Assembly: GCA_000934665.2 (NCBI GenBank)
Contig: JYFJ02001397.1
Span: forward strand, 1-64,000
Direction of reading: 5' to 3'
Length of the DNA: 64,000 bases
Source of the DNA: Catajapyx aquilonaris
Taxonomy: Eukaryota
A program made the translations under genes and the position numbers. Positions 57,901 to 64,000 of the stretch are shown in pieces. A model generated the notes under the pieces. The model ran no database searches, was not told the origin of the DNA, and saw nothing but the letters and a program-made list of their open reading frames with translations. Every line of letters starts with the position of its first letter. Within the stretch, counting starts at the first letter, position 1.

Positions 57901-58897
57901 GTTACTTTTAACTTAGTAGTACCAGTGTAATGCAATGGTACTGCTAAGTTAGCAGGGACTAGTAGTACAACAACAATTCCACCCATAGACTTTGGCCTTC
58001 CTCTATTCAATCTATTGGGCCACTAAATGCAAAGAAGGCTAGGATTTGGCAACAAAAAATTAGCACTACACTTCCTCTTTCATAATTTTGTGCTCTGGTG
58101 TGATACAAGCATCAATACTTCAGTGGCCTCATTAAACTTTCCACAGAATGTGAACATGGAGCACAAATTCTAATTCTTGGGCAGCATTAAAACAATAGAT
58201 AAATTGGAATGATATCTAGTTTATACACTGAATCATGTGAGAGTCACCAGTATATGGACCCCAATAACATTTACCCTGAACATGAAAACAGACATATCAA
58301 TGTTGTTGTCATACTAACCAATGGGTTCCTTCACTCCCACAAACCCAGGCAGGAAAACAGTGCCATTGCTGCCACCATGCTGTATCAATGTGTGGACAAC
58401 GTTTCCCACAGGTGAGGCAACTGTTGCCATAATACCACCACCAGCAAGTTTAGTTTGAGGTCTGATGAGGCACCCTCCATACTTTATAACTTGGGCAACA
58501 CATGAATCCACATCCTTCACCTCCAATGCTACATCAAATACAGAATCAATCTTATGGATGGGTTTATCTCTGCAACAAAATGCACTCCAGCCAACAGTTT
58601 GTGCTGCTTGGGTTGGATTAATGCAGTACCCTGCAATTGAATGAATTATACATCAACTACCAAGCACTGATTTAAGGTTAGAATAAGCTGATGCATTAAA
58701 GATTTACCTTCTTCTGGATTAGTCTTCCTTTCTGTGACCAAGAATTGACCTTTACCACATCTGAGGAGCCATTGACTGAAAGCATTTGTTTCTCTGGTGG
58801 CTCTCAGATGAAATCCATACTGATCTGTGAGCATCCTCACTATTTCAGGTCCATCTCCAACGCACATCTCCACATGGTGGAGTGATCCATAAGACAT
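54936..58897 (-). CDS. HPDL: 4-hydroxyphenylpyruvate dioxygenase-like protein; exons 58897-58708, 58630-58319, 57142-56855, 55555-55285, 55131-54936 (1257 nt, 418 aa)
   Basis: VOC-fold HPPD-family motifs with the Fe(II) triad intact: [28 protein letters not shown] and [37 protein letters not shown]. The DTFFLE..QR.GATGFG.GNI.AL pattern matches HPDL rather than HPD. An in-frame TAG 3 nt before the ATG fixes the start. The exon 4 acceptor (AAG) is weak but phase-consistent. Confidence 0.9.
54938..54943 (+). terminator. MARS2 polyadenylation signal AATAAA
   Basis: First canonical hexamer, 37 nt after the MARS2 stop (TAG 54898-54900). Confidence 0.65.
56040..56198. mobile_element. Small degenerate pogo/Tc2-like MITE
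   Basis: TA|CTGTATTTACTAGAATCTAA ... TTACATTCAAGTTTATTGGG|TA: imperfect TIRs with TA flanks. Confidence 0.5.
56231..56747 (-). mobile_element. Internally deleted Tc1/mariner element with a transposase remnant (HPDL intron 3)
   Basis: TIRs CAGGGTGTCCACAATGAA ... TTCATTGTAGACACCCTG|TA. The minus-strand frame [23 protein letters not shown] resembles the N-terminus of DUF4817-type (Tc3-like) transposases and is followed by DITP. Confidence 0.75.
57876..57984. mobile_element. Short hairpin MITE (Harbinger-like ends) in HPDL intron 2
   Basis: TTA|GGGTGGAATT...AATTCCACCC|ATA, with imperfect ~49-bp arms and an 11-nt loop. Confidence 0.6.
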
Positions 58898-59599
58898 GGC
58901 CTAAGGCAGGTTGTAGCTGAAACGGAAACGGTAGATGTTAAGGTCAACATTACATTTACATTGCATAAGCATTACATTCCAATATCAAAGCACCTATTCA
59001 TTTTATCTTGCATGTGTAAAATGTGATGTGACATCAACATTACTACCGGTAATTATTTAAGTTGTTCCCTCTTGTCTTATCAGAACTTTCATTGCCCAAC
59101 TTGATTCATAAATGATCATGGATATTAAAAATAAGAGGAAAGAGAAGACCAAATTACCCTTGTTGACTGGTCGATTACAAATCCATTACACAGATAATTG
59201 CATGCCAAATCTAGTGATGTAACTTACACACTTGTGAGACCTCGGTTAGAGCATACACAACAAGTAAGCAATGCATAAGAGTATACAACTACACACCGGC
59301 CAGTACCCTAAACATGGCCACATGCAGTGTTACATGCAACCTGCATGAAACGGATAAAAATACACATACTCACAGGCTACCAGCTGGTGCCTCTCCAGTG
59401 CCAGCCTAATGACTGGTAATCTGAGTAAACATGACACGTATTATACCTCCCCTCCTGACCCATCGCCCCCGGAAAAATCGATAAGTCTTTAACCGAATTC
59501 GGCAGCAACAGATACCTAGCAACTGCTTTCACCTCGATCAAAAATAACCGCCAATTGCGAGGAAGGAACCTCTCTATCCATGGACCATGCATAATGGCA

Positions 59600-60480
59600 G
59601 CAGGTGAGAAGCTCATGGACGCCATCTTTGATCTAGAGACACGTGTTTGATTTTGACCTCACTCCTCGACCTATTTCCGCACATTTTTGCATTCGTTCAA
59701 AATATTAGCGTGCGGTTCTTGCAACTCGTACAAGTCGGGAATAACGCAAAATGGTGCAACCAATACTACAAGACCTGAAGACAGCAGGATTATTGCGCCT
59801 CAATTTGCCAAAAAAAAAAAAAAAAAGTGTAATTGTCACGCAGCTTACAGCTTGCACCACGATTTTTACCTCCCCTCCCAACGTCCCAAGCGCCCACCCC
59901 ATTCCACCAGTGACGTCACTAGAATGTCGCAATTGCGCATGCGCCCTTCCCTCCAGGATGGCGTGCCACGGGGGAAGCCGCACCTCCGCCACCTCCCGCC
60001 AGGTGCCTCCACCGCCGCTTTCCAACCCCTGAAATACGACCAACGTTCCATCCACGCCCGACCCTGCTGGCCCCGAGGCCGCCCGTATGCCACCCGCCCC
60101 TAGTAAAGACTTATATCCTCGCCCGAAGCCTAATTAAGCAAGCAATGAGCCAGCTGACCCGTCGGGTGGCCCAAGTGGCAAAACAGAGTCATATTTCGAG
60201 TGTTGTTGCCGCAATGCTCAATGCGTTGTGACGTCACTTGTGGGAGGCAAAGGGGGGCGGGAAGGGAAAGGGGGGGAAAGAGGGAGGAGGGGGTGGCGGG
60301 GGAGATCTGTTCACATGGCCTCTGGATCCTGGAGCAGAGCGCCTGGGATATTCTTCTGTGGGGCGGCCCCCGGTCTTAAATTCACCCAGCTTGGGCCCTA
60401 CTGAAAAGAGGGCGAGCAGTAGGCTGGGGAAGAGGAGAGTTCCACCAGCAGTTCTGAGGGAAAGGAGACCAGTCAGTTCA
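59600..60480. promoter_or_regulatory. Divergent (bidirectional) promoter region of HPDL and eRF1
   Basis: GC/CpG-rich stretch between head-to-head genes. It has a YY1-type CGCCATCTT (59620-59628), an E-box CACGTG (59640-59645), palindromic CREs GTGACGTCAC (59910-59919 and 60228-60237), an NRF1-type TGCGCATGCGC (59934-59944) and an Inr-like TCAGTT (60473-60478). Confidence 0.7.
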
Positions 60481-60622
60481 GCCAGGGGGAAATCTGCTGG
60501 GGTGATTGGAACTTGTCCAGTTTGCTGGAAACTTGGACAGGCACCACATTTTTTTGTATACAAGGGACTGTGCAAGTCCACACACTTTTTTTGTAATAAG
60601 TAACTTGGGAGGAGGAGTAAGG

Positions 60623-62868
<2,246 letters not shown>

Positions 62869-63419
62869 GTTAGTTTCTGGCATTGGGGAGGACAGTTGCA
62901 CTGATTGCTATCCAACCCGGATATGGCCTGGAATCAATCTGCATATGTATTTGTGACGTGTGTACGGTTTTTGTATGGGGCAAGTGTAACAAATGGGGCG
63001 AGGTGTTTGTGATTATCAACGAAACCTGTCAACACAAATTACTTCATCTAATCTCTTACATAACTTAAATGTCAAGAGGAGGTGGGACCCTGAGTCTGCA
63101 GTTCTCAGGTTTTGTATAATTGGGAAAAACTCTTACTCAGTGTGTAGTATCATACAGAGATGTAAAAGATGTGGCTGTGATGATTAAGTTGTTGTATAAC
63201 TCTAATCATATTAAGTTACATCTGGTATCTTATTTGATCTGAAGTTGTTGGGTATTATTAGTAGATTTGATGGGGATAATGCTTGTGATTATAAGAGAGA
63301 GTAGAAAGAACATGAATCTAAAGTCCACATGACATGTTAACACTTATAGGTTAAAGGTAGTTTCATTTTTGTTTTCTTAAAGAGTAATTATTAAATTTAT
63401 GAAAAGGTTATTATTGAAG

Positions 63420-64000
63420 AATGGATATTTAGGTTCTTAAAAAACCTCAAATAGGTGGGCATTTAGGTGCTGGAAACAGTCACAATAGGCTCCTAAATAA
63501 GCAGTAAAAATCAATAGGTCCTCATTTATTTTCATTCCTATGCAACATTACAGCCTACTCTTGGCCATGGAATTTTGTAGTACAGTAACAAAGTAGCGTT
63601 TATCCCATATTTTCGTTGGTTAGTCGATGACGCCTGTCTGACAATACATCTTTATACAATGAAAATGACCTGTCGACTTCATATGAAGTAACTGGATCAT
63701 GGTTGAAAAGTGAAACATCTTCTACAGCCAGTTCATCCTGCATGCCTACAGCTTCTTGACCCTTCACAGGTTGAGGTGGGACTAATTCCGTGATCGTTAA
63801 ACCCGCAAAACTCTCGATAATCTTACAAAATGGCATCAAAAATGTGGAAATAGGTGAAAATAGTATCTAATAGGCTCTTTCGGTTCCAACGCCCGAAATA
63901 GGCGACTTTAGGTTCTATAAAGCTACGATTTTTTAGGTCCTTGTGTTATGAGAAGGATAGACATTTTGGTTCTGGTGTTCTACCTACAGAATAAAAGTAG
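63420..64000 (-). mobile_element. Deleted hAT-superfamily element with a C-terminal transposase remnant (eRF1 intron 3); boundaries approximate
   Basis: ORF 63600-63839(-) contains PVTSYEVDRSFSLYKDVLSDRRHRLTNEN, matching the hAT C-terminal dimerization pattern PxTSxxVERSFSxxKxxLSDRRxxLTxEN. Clusters of AATAGG/TTTAGG subterminal repeats flank it on both sides. Confidence 0.7.

Noticed and set aside
60315..60404. 29-aa uORF upstream of eRF1 as a possible autoregulatory termination sensor
   Set aside because: It is out of frame and followed quickly by another stop. An Inr-like TCAGTT at 60473 suggests it may lie upstream of the TSS.

Overview
This is eukaryotic (arthropod, most likely insect) genomic DNA, not prokaryotic: it has spliced genes with GT-AG introns, a (TTAGG)15 tract, tRNA-derived SINEs and many MITEs. 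About 50 kb (1-50300) is the regulatory landscape of one developmental gene, an HMX/NK5 (H6-like) homeobox gene (4 coding exons, + strand, 14181-30482, 457 aa). GC- and TAAT-rich non-coding islands alternate there with AT-rich transposon debris. The last 14 kb is a compact housekeeping cluster: mitochondrial methionyl-tRNA synthetase (MARS2, +, 8 exons, 555 aa), then HPDL (-, 5 coding exons, 418 aa) tail-to-tail with it, then eRF1/ETF1 (+, first 3 coding exons, cut by the window end) head-to-head with HPDL. All exon models were built by hand and are phase-consistent. I found no clearly new biological system. The best leads are: the MARS2/HPDL 3' overlap (the HPDL stop codon overlaps the MARS2 AATAAA); YY1-motif-initiated uORFs on both mitochondrial genes; a spacerless 60-bp palindrome; an interstitial telomeric array inside a repeat; and an apparent excess of transposon excision-footprint words.
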